This document shows positions 36,440 to 53,027 of a DNA stretch of 64,000 bases, piece after piece. The stretch is from Spirogloea muscicola (Eukaryota), in assembly GCA_009602725.1 (NCBI GenBank), contig WELB01000007.1, positions 1,192,310-1,256,309 of the forward strand, read 5' to 3'. Within the stretch, counting starts at the first letter, position 1, and each line of letters starts with the position of its first letter. The translations under genes were made by a program, and so were the position numbers. Below the pieces are notes generated by a model, which saw only the letters and a list, made by a program, of their open reading frames with translations, was not told where the DNA came from and did no database searches.

Positions 36440-38625
36440 CGGCGCGGGGCTGCGGAGTGGGGGCGAGGCCGTGGTCCACGGGGTCCGTGCAACCTTGGAC
36501 CAACACCCGGGGTGGCTGGTACTGGCCGTCGACGTAAAACATGCATTCAACACCGTGGAGCGCGCCGGCGCCTGCGTTGCGGAGGAGCTCCCGGCCGCCT
36601 TCCCCTCTCTGGTATCCTTTTTCCGCTTGGTGTACGGTCAGCCCAGCGACCTCCTCTGGACAGGGGGTGACCAAGTGGAGGTCCTGCATGCCCAAGCGGG
36701 CACGCGGCAAGGGGACCCCCTCGCCGGCTTCTTCATTGCGCTCGCTCACCTCCGGGCTCTGCAGGCTACCGTGGCGGCACATCCAGGGGTTTTTACGGCC
36801 CACCTTCGCTGACGACACCACCATGGTCGGCCCTCCGAGATACGTGGCGGCGGCCTTCGTCACCTTCGAGCGGCAGCTGGCCACCCTCGGCCTGTCCACC
36901 CGGGCGTCGAAGTGCGCGGCTTGGTCCCCCTGCGGCCTCCCATCCAGCCTGGCGCTGTCCCCCGGATGCCTGACTCCTGCAGTCGGCTTCACCCTCCTGG
37001 GGGTCCCCATCGGTGCGCCGTCCTTCGTGGAGGGGCAGCTGCGAGCCTGCCTCGAGGAACACCTCCAGCCTGCGGCCCGGCTGCCCAAGCTGCAGGATAT
37101 GCAGCTGGCTCTGGCCATGTTGACCAAGGCCATTGTGTAGAGACCCCAGTATCTGACGCGGGCCACCCCGCCGTCCCCAGGGGCGCTGGCGGCGTACGCG
37201 GGTTTTGACGCAGGCATGGTGACGAGCCTGGCGGCCCTGGTTCGCCACCAGGGCTTCCCCCAGTCGCCTGCCGCTCTTCATCAGGCGACGCTATCCCTCA
37301 CTTACGGCGGTTGCGGCTTGCGCCCGCTCGTCCGTTCCTGACGGGCGGCGTACCTCGGCAGCTGGGTGCAGACAGCCGCCTCCGTGGCCCAGCGCTTCTT
37401 GGGCCACGGCCGGCGTGCGCTGGAGCAGGCGGTGGTGGAGGTAAAAACGGGTCTGCTGCCTTTCCAGGCGTCGTTAGGCTCCGCCCACCAGGAGCTGCTC
37501 GCGGCGCACCCGGACCTGGCGGGCCAGGCGGTCTCCTTTGCGCACCTCGCGCACACCGCGGACCTGCGCGTCCAAGCGCGCTTCGCAGCCGCGATGGACA
37601 AGGCCGCCTTCACCACCGCCTTGCTGCAGCTCTCGGAGGCGGACCTGCGCGGGCGTGCGAGACTCTACTCGGCCTCTTCCCCGGGGGCAGCGGCGTGGCT
37701 CCAGGCCCTCCCCCTCAACGACGCTCTCACTCTCCCGGACGACGTATTCCGCAGTGCCGTCCTCCGGCTCCTGGGCCTGCCGCCGCCATGCCTCCAGGGT
37801 GTGCGTCAGTGCGAATGTGGCGAGCGAGGGGCCGAGCCTGGGGAGCTGGCCGCTCATGTTCTGTGCTGTTCCCACGGCGGAGAGCGGACAGTGGCCCACG
37901 ACTGCCTCCGGGATGCGATGCATGGCATCCTGGTGGAGGCTGGCTTCTCGGTGGCAGCGGAGAACTCCGCCGTCATGCCGCTCCAGCAAAGGGCCAACGG
38001 TCTCCATGCACGTCGTGTAGACCTTGTGGCCACCCCACAAGCCGGAGGGCCACGTCTTATCCTGGATGTGGTGACCACAGACGCATACGACCGCTCACAC
38101 CTTGCCCAATGTGCCATCAAGGTTGGGTATGTGGTCGCCTGCGCCGCTCGAGCTAAGGAGCTCAAATATGCTGATCATCCGCGGGGAGACGAGTTCTTCC
38201 CGCTGGCCATCGACACGCATGGGGCGTTGGGCGCTCGGTGGCTCGAGCTGCTCAACCAGCTGGCCCGCCACGCCATCGTCCGCCGCTTCCATGGGGAGCC
38301 AGTAGACTTTCCTGCAGCCGGGTCGCTAGTGCAGGTGTACCGGACGCGCTTGGCCGTCTCGCTGCAGAGGTCTATGGCCCGCGCGCTGCTCCTGTGTGCC
38401 GGCAGAGCCCTCGCTGCTGCCTCTGGCTCTGGGCAGGGGACCCACTTCCAGAAGCCTAGCTTCTCTGACCTGAGGCTGCTTAGCAGGGTTTACTGCGTAA
38501 TACGTAGCTGCTTTGTTTCTTGTTGTGCTTGTTTTCCTTAGCGCTTCCCCTGGGCCCCTTCTCGTACTTTGTTCCTTCTTAATGAGCTGGCTTTTCCAGG
38601 TATCCTCAATGGGCGAGCCCTTTCT
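36440..38625 (+). mobile_element. 5'-truncated RLE-type (CRE/Zepp-like) non-LTR retrotransposon, RT + CCHC knuckle + RLE, disrupted; 8-bp TSD TGTGAAAA
   Basis: RT motifs GGEAVVH, AVDVKHAFNTVER, GTRQGDPLAG, FADD, LLGVPIG, LSLTYGGCGL; then AAAWL, CECG..HVLCC, HDCLR, RRVDL..LDV..KELKY..FFPLAIDTHG. Frameshift near 36795, TAG at 37138-37140, second frameshift near 37320-37345. TSD at 36432-36439 and 38626-38633. Confidence 0.92.
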
Positions 38626-38992
38626 TGTGAAAAGCCAGCCCAACCGTGGAATAACCGACGTGGATGCCTTTGGGCTGGCCTCTTCCAGCCACCAGTTAAT
38701 CTGGCCGCGCTTGCTCTTTGGATGCAGAGTGAGTCGTGCTTCAGTCGGCTCCTAAAGAAGCAGCTCTCCTGTGAAAGAGTACAAGAAATGAACAGTGCTT
38801 CGCTTCGGGCGCCCAGCCGCACAGAGCCCCGGGTTTAAGTAGAGCCGGGGGGCGGGCAGACCATGGGGAAAGGGCACCTCCAAGGGGTAATCTAAGCGGC
38901 TGTTGGCTTACATGCACACCGCGCGGCCCAGCAGCACAGCCCGAAGCCCTTGCAAGCCGCGGCGAGAGGGTCAAAGCCCCGGCGCCGGCGCC

Positions 38993-42359
<3,367 letters not shown>

Positions 42360-42849
42360 CAAAGGACTGTTGAATTTGAATTTGAATTTGAGAGGTCATA
42401 ATGGTCATGTTGGCTGCTGACGTCAAGTACATGCTTAAGTACAACAGAGCTGCCCATGCGCCCTTCATCCTCTCCAAAACGCCTCCTTTGAGACCATACT
42501 GAACTGACCATTGCCAACTCCAATTATGCATACTATGATGTTGCCGCGCGCTGCATTTCATTCATAGCTGCTGGCAACATATATGCCATCAGCTATGTAT
42601 AGCTGATGCTCCATGAGACAGGAATTTTGCAAGAGGCAAAATTGCCAACTGACACGCACAATTTTGGTTTGCTTCTCAGCAAGCCTCGTTATACACCAGC
42701 CCAGACTCGGGGGCTAGTCAGTATGTGTAGCAGATACCAATTACCTGAAGGAGGTAACGAGTGAATGAGGAAAAGAATGGGATGACTACATTTGTAAGTC
42801 CATTTGTGACCATTGGTGCGGAGGAAAGTAAGCGAGGGCAGCAAGGGCC

Positions 42850-43960
42850 TCATGTGCTACTTGTTTGGCCCTTCACTGCTTGATGATCATGCGCCTTATG
42901 GTCAAGGACACCTGCCACATCCTTCTCCTCGGAGTGTTGATCATATGAACCAACATTTGCCTGCATCACATCGCCATACAGACGTGACTCAAGGGCTGCT
43001 TCAGATCAGGGCGCGCCAAGCTTATTCTTCCAAGAAGAGGCAGCCTTGGCAAGTGTATGTCACGCATATATTGCCAGGAAGAGGCAGCCTTGGCAAGTGT
43101 ATGTCATAGAACATTGCCAGGAAGCCAGCATTTGGTGGAATGCATGTTCATGCAGAGCAAGCGTCCACGTAGTCCATACCTCTACACGCTGGCCCATAAG
43201 CAGGTAGCGCTCGTGCAGCTTCTTCCCGCCAATGTGTACATCTGTGTCGCACTGGACACATAGTGATGTACCATCTATTCCGCAGTAGAAAAAAGCTGGA
43301 GGCAACATGGAGCAGGGCGTCGTCAGGCTGATCATCCAGGGGCAATGCCCAGTGAGACTTTTGGATTGACCTTGCTCTGGCAGCGACTAGGCGAGCAGCA
43401 GCATCTTCTGCCTGCTCTGTATGCCAAGGATACAATGACTAGACCCAGGGTCACAGCGTGACGAGAAGCAGCGACTTGCTATGCCACACCTGGTGCATTC
43501 TCGCATATGTCGCAGCGCGGGACAGCCCGCGCATCTGCCAGCGCCAGCCGCACGTGCCTGCTCGCCAGCTTGTTGCACCCATGGACCTGCATTCCACCGA
43601 CAAGAGAGGGAGGACAAAGGGGGGAGCAGGAAGCGGGAGAGGGACCGGGAAGAGTGAGTATGGCAGCTAAGATGTAGCACCCATACACAATCCGAAGTGC
43701 CCAACCCAGGTAGGCTTGGCTGAGTGCACAGACTCTCTGGGATGGAGGTCAGTGGACCTGACGGCTTGCTGCGTTAGGAAAAGGCCTTCTCCACGTGTTG
43801 CACAATCTAATGCAGCAAGCCAACTGATGTGGCGCCGGGCATGACGGGTGTAGCCTAGAGGCAGGACCTTCTCGTCGCACTTGTCGCAGAGCGCGGCCTC
43901 GTCGGCCACGCAGAAGAGGCGCGCGGGCGCCACCTCGCACACGTCGCAGAGCGCCCTCAT
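42850..43960 (-). CDS. BBX: Double B-box zinc finger protein, BBX18/BBX19-like (3' end uncertain)
   Basis: [102 protein letters not shown] across three GT-AG exons; no CCT domain seen. Confidence 0.9.
43033..43125. repeat. About 45-bp tandem duplication in the BBX 3' region
   Basis: GAAGAGGCAGCCTTGGCAAGTGTATGTCA occurs at about 43034 and 43078, each followed by ..ATTGCCAGGAAG. Confidence 0.8.
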
Positions 43961-44298
43961 GCCGGCCGCTGCGCCGCGGCGGCGCGCTCATCCCCTGCCA
44001 GACATGGGCGGCGACCGCGGCCGCCGGGCTGCCGCCATGCCCCTGGTGGCGCGAACCAGGACGCGAGAGGCCGCGAGCGGGCCGAGCTTCTGCGGCCTCG
44101 ACCGCCTCCTCTCGGCGCCGGCGCTGACGGCGAGGCGTGCCACTGGTGGTGGCGCGGGGAGCCTCCTAGGCCCGGGCCCAGTGGGGCTGCGGCGCCAGGG
44201 ACGCCGGCCCCGACAGTGCGGCGGGCCTCCGGACTGACGGCATTGCCGCNCTGCGGGCGGCGACGGCGGCTGCGAGCGAGCTCTTCTGAGCCGCAGCA

Positions 44299-44330
<32 letters not shown>

Positions 44331-44798
44331 CGCGTGCTGACTGCCACGCGCGGAGGCGCCTGGCGGCAGGCAGGCAGGGCTGCCGCCAAAAGAGCCAGGC
44401 CTGGCTGTCAGAGAGGGACAATGAACGAGGGCCACGGAGAAGGCGAGAGCCGTCAGGGGGCCCCCAATCCGGTGACGTGGCGGGGCCGGCCAGCCCTCCG
44501 GAAAAAGTTACGGGCACTCCCGCCCGCCCGGTGCAGCCTGGGGATGCGGGACGCTGGGGACCCCGGGCCCCGGCCCCGCCCGCAGCGCGCCCGGCTCGCC
44601 AGCTCCACCCCGTCGTTCCCTTCTTACTTGGCCCCCCCAGGCCCTCCATCACTCTCAACACCCCTCCATCCCTTTTCCCACGTCAATGGGCTTGCCCTCG
44701 TACTCGGCCACTCAGGCCCTCCATCACCCAATTCCACCCTCCCACTCTTCGTTCCCACCGTCTTGCTCATGTACCTCGCAGCTCTGGCCCGCCGCCCA

Positions 44799-47700
44799 TC
44801 ACTGAACACTCGCCGCTGCCGCTGCCCGAGCCTGCGCCTGCGCCTGCTCGTTGAGCTCCAGGCAGCGCAGCAGCACGCCCAGCGCCACGCCCGCGGCCGC
44901 CCCCGCCTCCTCCGCCTCCTCCGCCGCGGCCGCCGCCAGCGCCTGCCGCAGCGGCAGCAGCCACTCCCGCCTCGACCTCTCCAGCTGTGCCCCGCTGCGG
45001 ATGCCTGTCCGGTTGCTCCCTGCTGCGAATGCACACGCCGCCACGCGACGCGTCTCACCAGGAGCTGCTGGCCAACGAGGCTCTGGTGCTAGCACAGCTT
45101 GTGGACGATACACTGTTGAGCTTAGACCTTCGCGAGCAACATGTATTTGTATATGTGCAGCTGCCTATGTTGTGCGACCTCCTTCTCCAACTTAGCAGCA
45201 CCTCGAGTATAAGAGTAGGAGCAGAGCTCAGATGTGCAAGTCAAGTGGGAGGAAAGGGTCTCACCGGCGCTCTCTCGCAGCAGGAGGAACCTGTACAAGT
45301 TGAGCGCAGCCATCACCTGCATGAAAGGACAGCGCATCGATTTTTGTGCCAATATTCATGTCAGATCCTGCGCTAGAGGCTGTCTATCAAAGGTGGACCA
45401 TTTCTGTGTCGAGAGATCGCAGCAATGGCTACCAGCAATTTTGAATTGTACATTTTAACTGATCTACTTTGATGCACGAATGCACTCAGGCAGCGGTGCA
45501 CGACGAGAATCCAGATATACGTACTGAGTCACATTCTGCCGTCAGGTCCAGGGGTCGTCCAGAAGGAGGGCAAAGCACATGCTTAATCAGTGCGAGGATG
45601 TCTACGGTAGCAAATGGAGAAGAGACGTTTTGTTTGTCTTGTCCTTCAGAACCTGTGAATGTTGCTCCTTGGCCAAGGGCAGCCACGCTGTCTGACTGCT
45701 CCTCCCTTGACGAAGTGTCGGGCGTGTTGGGCATCATGCTGGTCCAAGGCACCAACAACCGTACTTGCAGACACTTGTCCGCCTCTTCTTTTGCAAACCT
45801 CAGCAACAGCGACACCTGCCAGTGGAATTAACAGAATTCAACTCCCATGAAAGTGGACGACAGTCATTCTAAAGGAGGAGCACAATACCCTAGTTGTCCT
45901 AGTCATGTAAGTATGCACAAGAAAAGTGTGCCTCCTGCATTTAGTAACAGTCTCCACATGTCTGACACTCACCATCAAAGGGTGAGGCGCTTGTACTATG
46001 AGGCTCCTGACAGCTGTGAAACGCTCCTCAGAAGTGTACATGACAAGAAGGACCTGTATTGAAAAGATAATGGGACCGAGATGAAAAAGAGTGTAAGCGA
46101 AGCTCGCAAAGCTTTGGCAAATATAGTAGTGCCCAGGCCAGCTGTGGTGCTTAATAAGGTGAGGTACCTGTTGCAGAACTTCGAAGCAGCGCTTGGCCAG
46201 CGCAGCACTCGAGGACAATACCATCCGGAGCTGGAGAACCTGCAGAAGACACACAGCACAGCGGTACACAACCACAAGCCAGACTAGCTGAGAGAATTAC
46301 ACAGGGATAGAGACACTTTACCAAAGTGCAGCAATAACTGCACTGCTTCCATGACACATTGCATGATATTGTGAAGGCTCAGCCCAGTAGCGACATCACA
46401 GCAACGACAATGATCAAGTTGAAGCACTCGGGCAAGAAGGAGAATCAAACCTGCAGGGTATCTGTCAGCTTCTCGGGGAAGTGCTGTTGCATCTCCTCTG
46501 CAGATTGTAAGCCATGACGGCTGTGAATTACTGAGATGGCTGCTTCCATCAGATCTGCTGCATGCAGTGCATCCTCCTGGCTCTGTCGAAGCATGACGGC
46601 TGCAAGCACAATGACATCCTCTGCTTGCTCTCTAGATAATTCCAGCAGATTGCCCTCCTTCACCAGCCACTGAAGTACTGACTGTTTGTCCACCATGTCT
46701 TCATCACTTTCTGCTTGGTCCGCTTGACCAACTTCGTTGCCCTCTGTGCTGGTTGAGTAATTAGTGCAGGCCACAATCTCCTCATTGTGGCAGATGATCC
46801 AGTACGCTGCATCTCACTCAAACAGGCAGTCCAATAAGATTAACAATCATGCAAGGCCTATGCTGAAGAGCTTTCACTTGCAAAATACACCCATCAAGAA
46901 CCTATCATATTGCACGCACCCCCTACATCAGTCATCCAGCACTACGACGGCAACGATATATGGAGTAAACTCCAGGTAGTGCATGTTGTCATCTGATGCA
47001 GAGTCTGTCAATCATATAAGAAGGCTCTTTGACATTCACCAGCCAAGCCTGCCCCTAAGGTGATATCCATGCATAACTTAGCCTGCAAATCCAGCTGCTC
47101 ATCTTCGTCTTCCTCGTGTGCACTGGGTCTGTGAGGAACGAGCAGCTCTGGTCTGAGCAAGTCCTTGAGGCTGACTTTACATTGGCAGAGGGTGCTCAGC
47201 AGGGATAAATTTACATCAGTCCCAGTGGCTGCTCGACTGAGATTAGGCATGAAGGAAGTCACACGCGAGAGCGCCTGCGAAAGTGGGAAGCACACAGGTC
47301 TTTTCCTCAAGAGAAGCAGAAAACAAGCAATAACATGCTACCTGGCTATATGAAACCCGTGAAGCTGTAAGGAATAAAGGTCACACAAGCATGCAGGCAG
47401 TACTGCACTGTACCAGAAGCTGGAGTGCGAACAAGACAATCTCTTGCCTAAGCTCTTTGTGGCCTGGTCCATCCTGGTAAAGAGCCACAGTCAAAGTGAA
47501 GTGTCATATTTCTCACTCAGATGTATCAGTCTTCATCATGACTCACCAGGGATGCTGCCTTATGCAGAAGTAGGCTTCAGATTGCCCTTACAAGCAGGAA
47601 GGCAGCTACCTTGGACAGCTTGAGTTGCTTGCGATACCTGTGCAGTTTGTAGTATACAGCACACTGCTTGACACAAATGTACAGCCGCTGGTGCCATCTG

Positions 47701-49550
47701 CTGCCGGAACAGGTTCTGCTCTCGCGCTTCTGATCTTGCTGAGAGTGTGCCCAGGGAATAAGGGCTTCCAAAGTCAGATATCACATCCTCATCTATCTCA
47801 GGCTTGTTCCTGGACCTTGTGACGGACTTCAGTGTTTGCATAATGATTGGCACTGCCTCGCTAAGAAATATGGCGTGCCTTCGCGGAAGCCTCCGAAATA
47901 CTGCAGGTGTCCTGGGCATCATTGACAACGTCAGCGTAATCAGACTGAATCAAAGTTGACCGTGCAATTCTCCACCTGCGCAGATTGCAGACTGCAGCTG
48001 CCTTATCAAGGACTGGGCGCCAAAAAGCTGGATTGAAATTTATGAAGCAGTCCCGAGATGTGGCGATGATGTTCCATGATTGCCCTGTTGTGCTCCTGGT
48101 CTGGATTATATCACGAAAGAGGACTTGCCTGTTACCAGTGCGTTAAGTGTTGCAAGCTGCAAACCCCAGGGTTCCGTATCATCCACTCTATTCTCAGGTT
48201 GCGCAGAACTGAGGACCTGGAGTGGCATGCTCAAGAACTTGTAGTATGCATGCTTGTAACAATGCTGAGAGAATATGACAACAATGTCTGGACCTCCTCA
48301 ACCAATGATGAGATGAAATGACTGCGCACTGTCCGTGCTCAGGTGACAGGTCAACCATGAACATCAACAGCTCACACTGAAGGATCACAAGAACATGAAT
48401 CAAGTGGCAGACAAAGCGAGGCTGCGTACATCCAGAAAACAAGTGAACATCTCTCGTGGGTCGCACGCCTCTGCTGCAGCCATGAATAGGCGACTTGAAG
48501 CTGCATGCCTCTCTTTGGATGCTCCGAACGAGCGTGCAACAATGTGCATTATCTCCCAGACCGCCCTATCCCATATAACCTGGTCAGAAGACAAGTCTTC
48601 CTTGAGCATATTGCAGCACTCAGAAGGAAGGTTTCGTTTCCTGTAAGAGCAACAGAGCAGCAGAGCAGCTACTTATGTGCAGATAAGAGTCTGTGCCGGC
48701 GCAGCTTAAGCTTGACTGAAAAGTCTGGAGAGGCTCTGAGGAGGACTGCTGGGGACGAGACAAATAGGATGATGATACCTACTGTGTAAGCAGGAGAGAA
48801 GCTGAAGAGGTCTGTAAGGAGGAGATGGTTGTGGTGAAAAATTCAGTCCTTCTGTGTGGATGTATTGGACCTGAGAGTGATGTGAACCCTCGAGGAGAGA
48901 GGAAGCTCGCTCAAGGACTGCAGTGCACACGTCCTCGGCGTCTTTATTTGCTTGGAGAGCATCATTAAGTGCTTCCTCAAAGGCTGACACCTCGGGCTCT
49001 CCATCAGCAGCCTGCAGTCATTTGGAGCGGACAGCAAAACACAGGCATCATGGTTATTTGCACAAGGCTTGTATTTAAGGGTCTCTCCTTGATGGCACGA
49101 GCCAAAGTGGGAACAGCGAGATTGTCAGATAATATAGAGACAAGCATGCTCTAGTTGCTCAGCTGGTCGTTGGAATGGATAGCCAGCAGGCATTACGAAG
49201 CCTCATGCGTAGAGCCCAGCACTTCAGCTCTGAGTGGTGGAAATTGGCGAAAATCACGGCAGAGCTGATTCGCTGATTCGCTCATATGCATAGAGCTGCA
49301 CAAGCTCGAGCAGCTGCCTCGTAGCCGACGTTTTCAGGCGAGGTTCTTGGAAAGTAATATGGGGACCCCTAAACAGGCTAGGCGTCCTGCAGCACTTTGA
49401 TAGAGTAGCAGTGTGCTGCATGAAGGTGTACGAATGCCGTTGCGTGCTTACCGCGCAGCTCGCTGCATAGCCTGCTTCCAGCCTGGAGATGGCAGTCGCA
49501 GTGGCCTCCTCTAGAGGCGGCCAGCAACCGCCAGTGTCGAGCACGCTCAT
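44799..49550 (-). CDS. ALF4: Aberrant lateral root formation 4 / glomulin-like protein, multi-exon
   Basis: AEACDPREMFTCFLD, FRRLPRRHAIFLSEAVPIIMQTLK, EERFTAVRSLI, PPSGRPLDLTAECDS|VMAALNLYRFLLLRESAGET and LGVLLRCLELNEQ recall plant ALF4. First exon MSVLDTGGCW...AASCA|gtaag. Confidence 0.78.
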
Positions 49551-49759
49551 GACTCAGAGGTCGAGCGCTGGCTGGGGGCAGCCGGCCCGCGGGCTGCGCC
49601 GCGTTGCAGGAGGCGACTCCGCGGCGCTGGCGGGCGCATCAGCGGACGCCGTCCCCGTTGGCGTCGGGGACGGCGGCCGCCAGCTCCAGCGCCGCCTGAG
49701 AGCCGGGGGGGCACAGTGCTGGAACAGGATGTCGCTAGTACCAGGGGGCGTGGGCAAAA

Positions 49760-49903
49760 AGGAAGCGGCTGCTGATATTAAAAGAGCGGCTGTGAAAGCC
49801 AGCCAGATGCATACAGGTGTTCATGACGGAGCCACAGGCTAGACAGCCAGGGCGCTCTTAGTAACCCCGTGTCAGCAGTAGGAAGTCAGATGAGCTGAGG
49901 GGA
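49760..49903 (-). mobile_element. CRE-like retroelement 3' end upstream of ALF4
   Basis: SSDFLLLTRGY* (stop at 49858) followed by a 3' UTR homologous to 6195-6300, 55915-56025 and 59110-59200. Confidence 0.8.
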
Positions 49904-49904
49904 N

Positions 49905-52874
49905 CGCCTGCCCCGCGGCCTTCTCCACCGGCGCCCAGCTGCGGCTGCACAAGTCCCAGTCCCACCACCCGAGCGCCCTCTCCTCCGCGGGCCACTGCCG
50001 CGGCGACGCCGCCGACGCCTCCGCCGCCGCCGACAGCTCCTGCCTGCCGGCGTTCCTGCAGCCCTGGGGCTCGACAGGTCCGGCCTATGCAGGTCCATGC
50101 CCTCTGCGTGCCGTCCAGTGCCACGACGCTACCGCGGCGACCGACGACGGCACTGCAGTGCAGTGGCAGTGCTGTCTGTCAGTGGCAGCTCAAGCGCTGC
50201 CTCGAGCGCGGCGCCGCTGAACGTCAGCTATCACGCCATTGCTGTCCAGGCAATGCGGATGCCGAGGAGGACGGGCCGCGCTACGCCGGCCAGTTCCCGC
50301 CCGGCTCGCCGGCGCCCTCGGGGGCGCTGGCCGACGAGGCCAAGAGCCCGAGGTTCTGGGGCCGCCTGGACCTCCCCTCTGCGGACGAGGAGGCAGGGCT
50401 TCTGGACCATCGGCCGGCTGACGGCGCCGTCGCCGCCCCACCTGAGCAGCGGATGACGAGCAGGGGCTCGCTCGGGGAGAGCCCCAGCTCCGACTCCTTC
50501 TCGTCCAGCTCGTCCAGCAAGCTTCACCACTGGACGTCCGGGTGAGTGAGTGCTGCAGCTGCTTGGGCTGTGCCAGCATCTGCCCAAGCAAGTGCTGCCC
50601 TGTTGATGTGCATATCTGCTCTGACAGGCGCTATTGAGTCCATTGATGCTCCTGTGTAAATGACAGTCTTCATTATGACTTTCTCCCAGTGATACCGCCA
50701 CACACTCCTTACTTCTCAGCATGTGCAAGCTTGCCGACATACTCACCACTGCCAGCTCTGGCCAGCATGCCGCGTCTGCTGAAGCCCTGTTCCTGTTTTG
50801 TGCTGGCACAGCGAGCTGACGCTGAGAGAGGAGGAGCTTCGTGACGTGCTCTTACGGTATGTCAAACAGCGGTGCTGCTGGGACCCAAGGCCGGCCAGGA
50901 CTTGGAGCTTCCGCAGGGTCGACGACTTTTGTGCATACACGGGCACGCTGGAGAGCTTTGTAGAGACGAGGAAAGTTGTGCAGGAGAGGGAGCCGTACAC
51001 AGGGGCCCCTGTGGACGGCGAGGCGCAAGGCGCCATTCCAGGCCCCTGGGATGTCTCCGTTGTTGGGCTAGCACCAGAGTTGTTTCAGACCGGAGAAGCT
51101 CGCCTCAGGCTTCCTCACTCTGAGTCTGTAGTACGCTGTCCAGGTTGGTTTTCACTCCAACTCTGCACCCACATTGTGGTCCTTGTGCTGGAGCTCATCA
51201 CCCTGCAAATGACCATATGCTATTTGCAACCTTTTCACGTGGCTTCACTGTGAGGCTTCTTTTACAAAGAGACATGCCAAATTGCAAGTCTGCACTCACA
51301 TTGTTTGACGAGTTGTAAGCACTGGCAGATGCCTCTCATCAGCAAACAATCATGTAAATAGCACTGGAGCCCTTCTTAGGTAATGTAGGTAACGAGATTT
51401 GACATGCCGACTATGACTGGATGCCACAGGGGCCTTGACAGAGGCCTGTCCTTATTGTCATGCAGAGTGCATCGGGAAGGGCGAGCTGCCCTGCAGCAAC
51501 TGCTTCACGGCAGACGGAATGAAGAAGTGTATTCACTGTGAGGGTACAGGGAGGACACTCTCGCATAGCGACGCCTCCGCACTAGAGAGGTGCTTTAGGT
51601 CCTCCGAGCGTCCCTTGAAGGAGAAGGCCTTGTAGCATTTGCCTAGGTGTAGCAGCAATCAAGATATCGATATTAAGTTCCTTGCCTTTCCCTGTGTCTT
51701 CTAGATTTGGCTCCAGACTATCACCACACCTTATGAGTGTCTCATGAGGCCTATCAGCATGGACAGCAACTGCATCTCTTAAAGTGCCCAACTGAAATGT
51801 CCTCAGTGAAGCATTCCTTGCAGAGTGTGGGCGTTTTTCAATCTTGGATGCCAGCACTGCAGTGGCAGTGGCATGGTGCTCTGTGCAAAGTGCAAGTCGC
51901 GGAAGAAAGTGCGATGCCCTCCCTGTCGGGGACTAGGGTCAGTCATCACTCGAAGGGTGCTCATTGTGTCCTGGTAAGCACGCATGTTTGCACCTTCTTC
52001 CTGCCTTGCGCACAAGAAGGACACTAGATGCATTACTTTGGTGGTGCAGAGCACTTTGCCAGCTTAGTCAGAAGGTCTCGATCCTCCATTCGGCCCGGAC
52101 CTTTCAGTATACATAGCTTTGGCAGTGAAGACCATTCTTCTGAAAATGAGCCACTCTGAGTCCAGCCTGTGAATGATGCGCCTGACTCTGTCGGCTTATT
52201 TTCACAGGACCAATTTGTCACGGACTCGAGTGAGCAACCCTGCCAAGGGCGTGAAAGTGCCCGAATGGGTGGTGAAGCATGCCAGAGGCACGGAGCTCGT
52301 CAAGATGCAGGCCCTCCCTTGTGCCCCCGCCCTTTTCCCAGGGAGCAGTCGACTCTCCAACTTGTCTGCCAAGGTAGCATCCATCTCACTGGCAAACCTG
52401 GTAACAATTGTGTTACCAATTGTGGTGGATGCTGCTCTGAGCAGCCGCTCAGCTACCCTATGTCTTTTTTGGCAAGTGGCAGATGCTGTTGCCTCAACTT
52501 ATATTACCCAGCTAATCGGTCTCAGAATCTGGATATATTGCAGGAGAGGCTGTGAAGTCAAACCTTAGAGTAAGTTGTTGATGTCCATATGCATGTTCCT
52601 TCTCTGTTTCGGTACCACACGTCTTTACCCTTTGTCTGTGGCCTTGCCTCAGGTACTGGCTGAGAGGCCAGCAATACCAAAGGGTGCCCGGTTGCTGTGC
52701 GAGCGTCACATTCTCAGGGCGGTGCCCATCACCAGGGCAGTCATGCAGAGCAACCACACGTCCTTCCCATTCTACCTCCTTGGACTCGACCGTAGAATCT
52801 ATGCAGAGGACTACCCTGTGAAATGCAGTGTTGCATGGTGCTGCTGTTACGGTCAGATCTGCTGGCCATCATGA
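49905..52874 (+). CDS. SSUH2: SSUH2-like protein, copy 2 (first codons lost in the N join)
   Basis: Same exons and peptides as 153-3158; ends CCCYGQICWPS*. Confidence 0.85.
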
Positions 52875-53027
52875 CTGCAGAGGCAGGAGCGCTGGTTGTT
52901 TCTCAGAGTCTGCCCTTTTCATCCCCTTGTTCTTGTCTGGTTCTTGGAAACACTTGCAGACTTGGTTGATGTAAGAGGGCTGTAGCACCGAGTTGTGTCC
53001 TGTTCGTGACCTGTGGTCTACTAGCAG

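Noticed and set aside
36440..38625. Active autonomous retrotransposon, or retron/group II intron RT
   Set aside because: 5'-truncated inside the RT with two frameshifts and a stop. The C-terminal CCHC plus RLE domains and the TSD identify a non-LTR element.
43957..45195. Multiple long overlapping Arg/Ala/Pro-rich ORFs
   Set aside because: GC-rich island with (CGG)n and an N at 44250; only the ALF4 last exon on the minus strand has family support.
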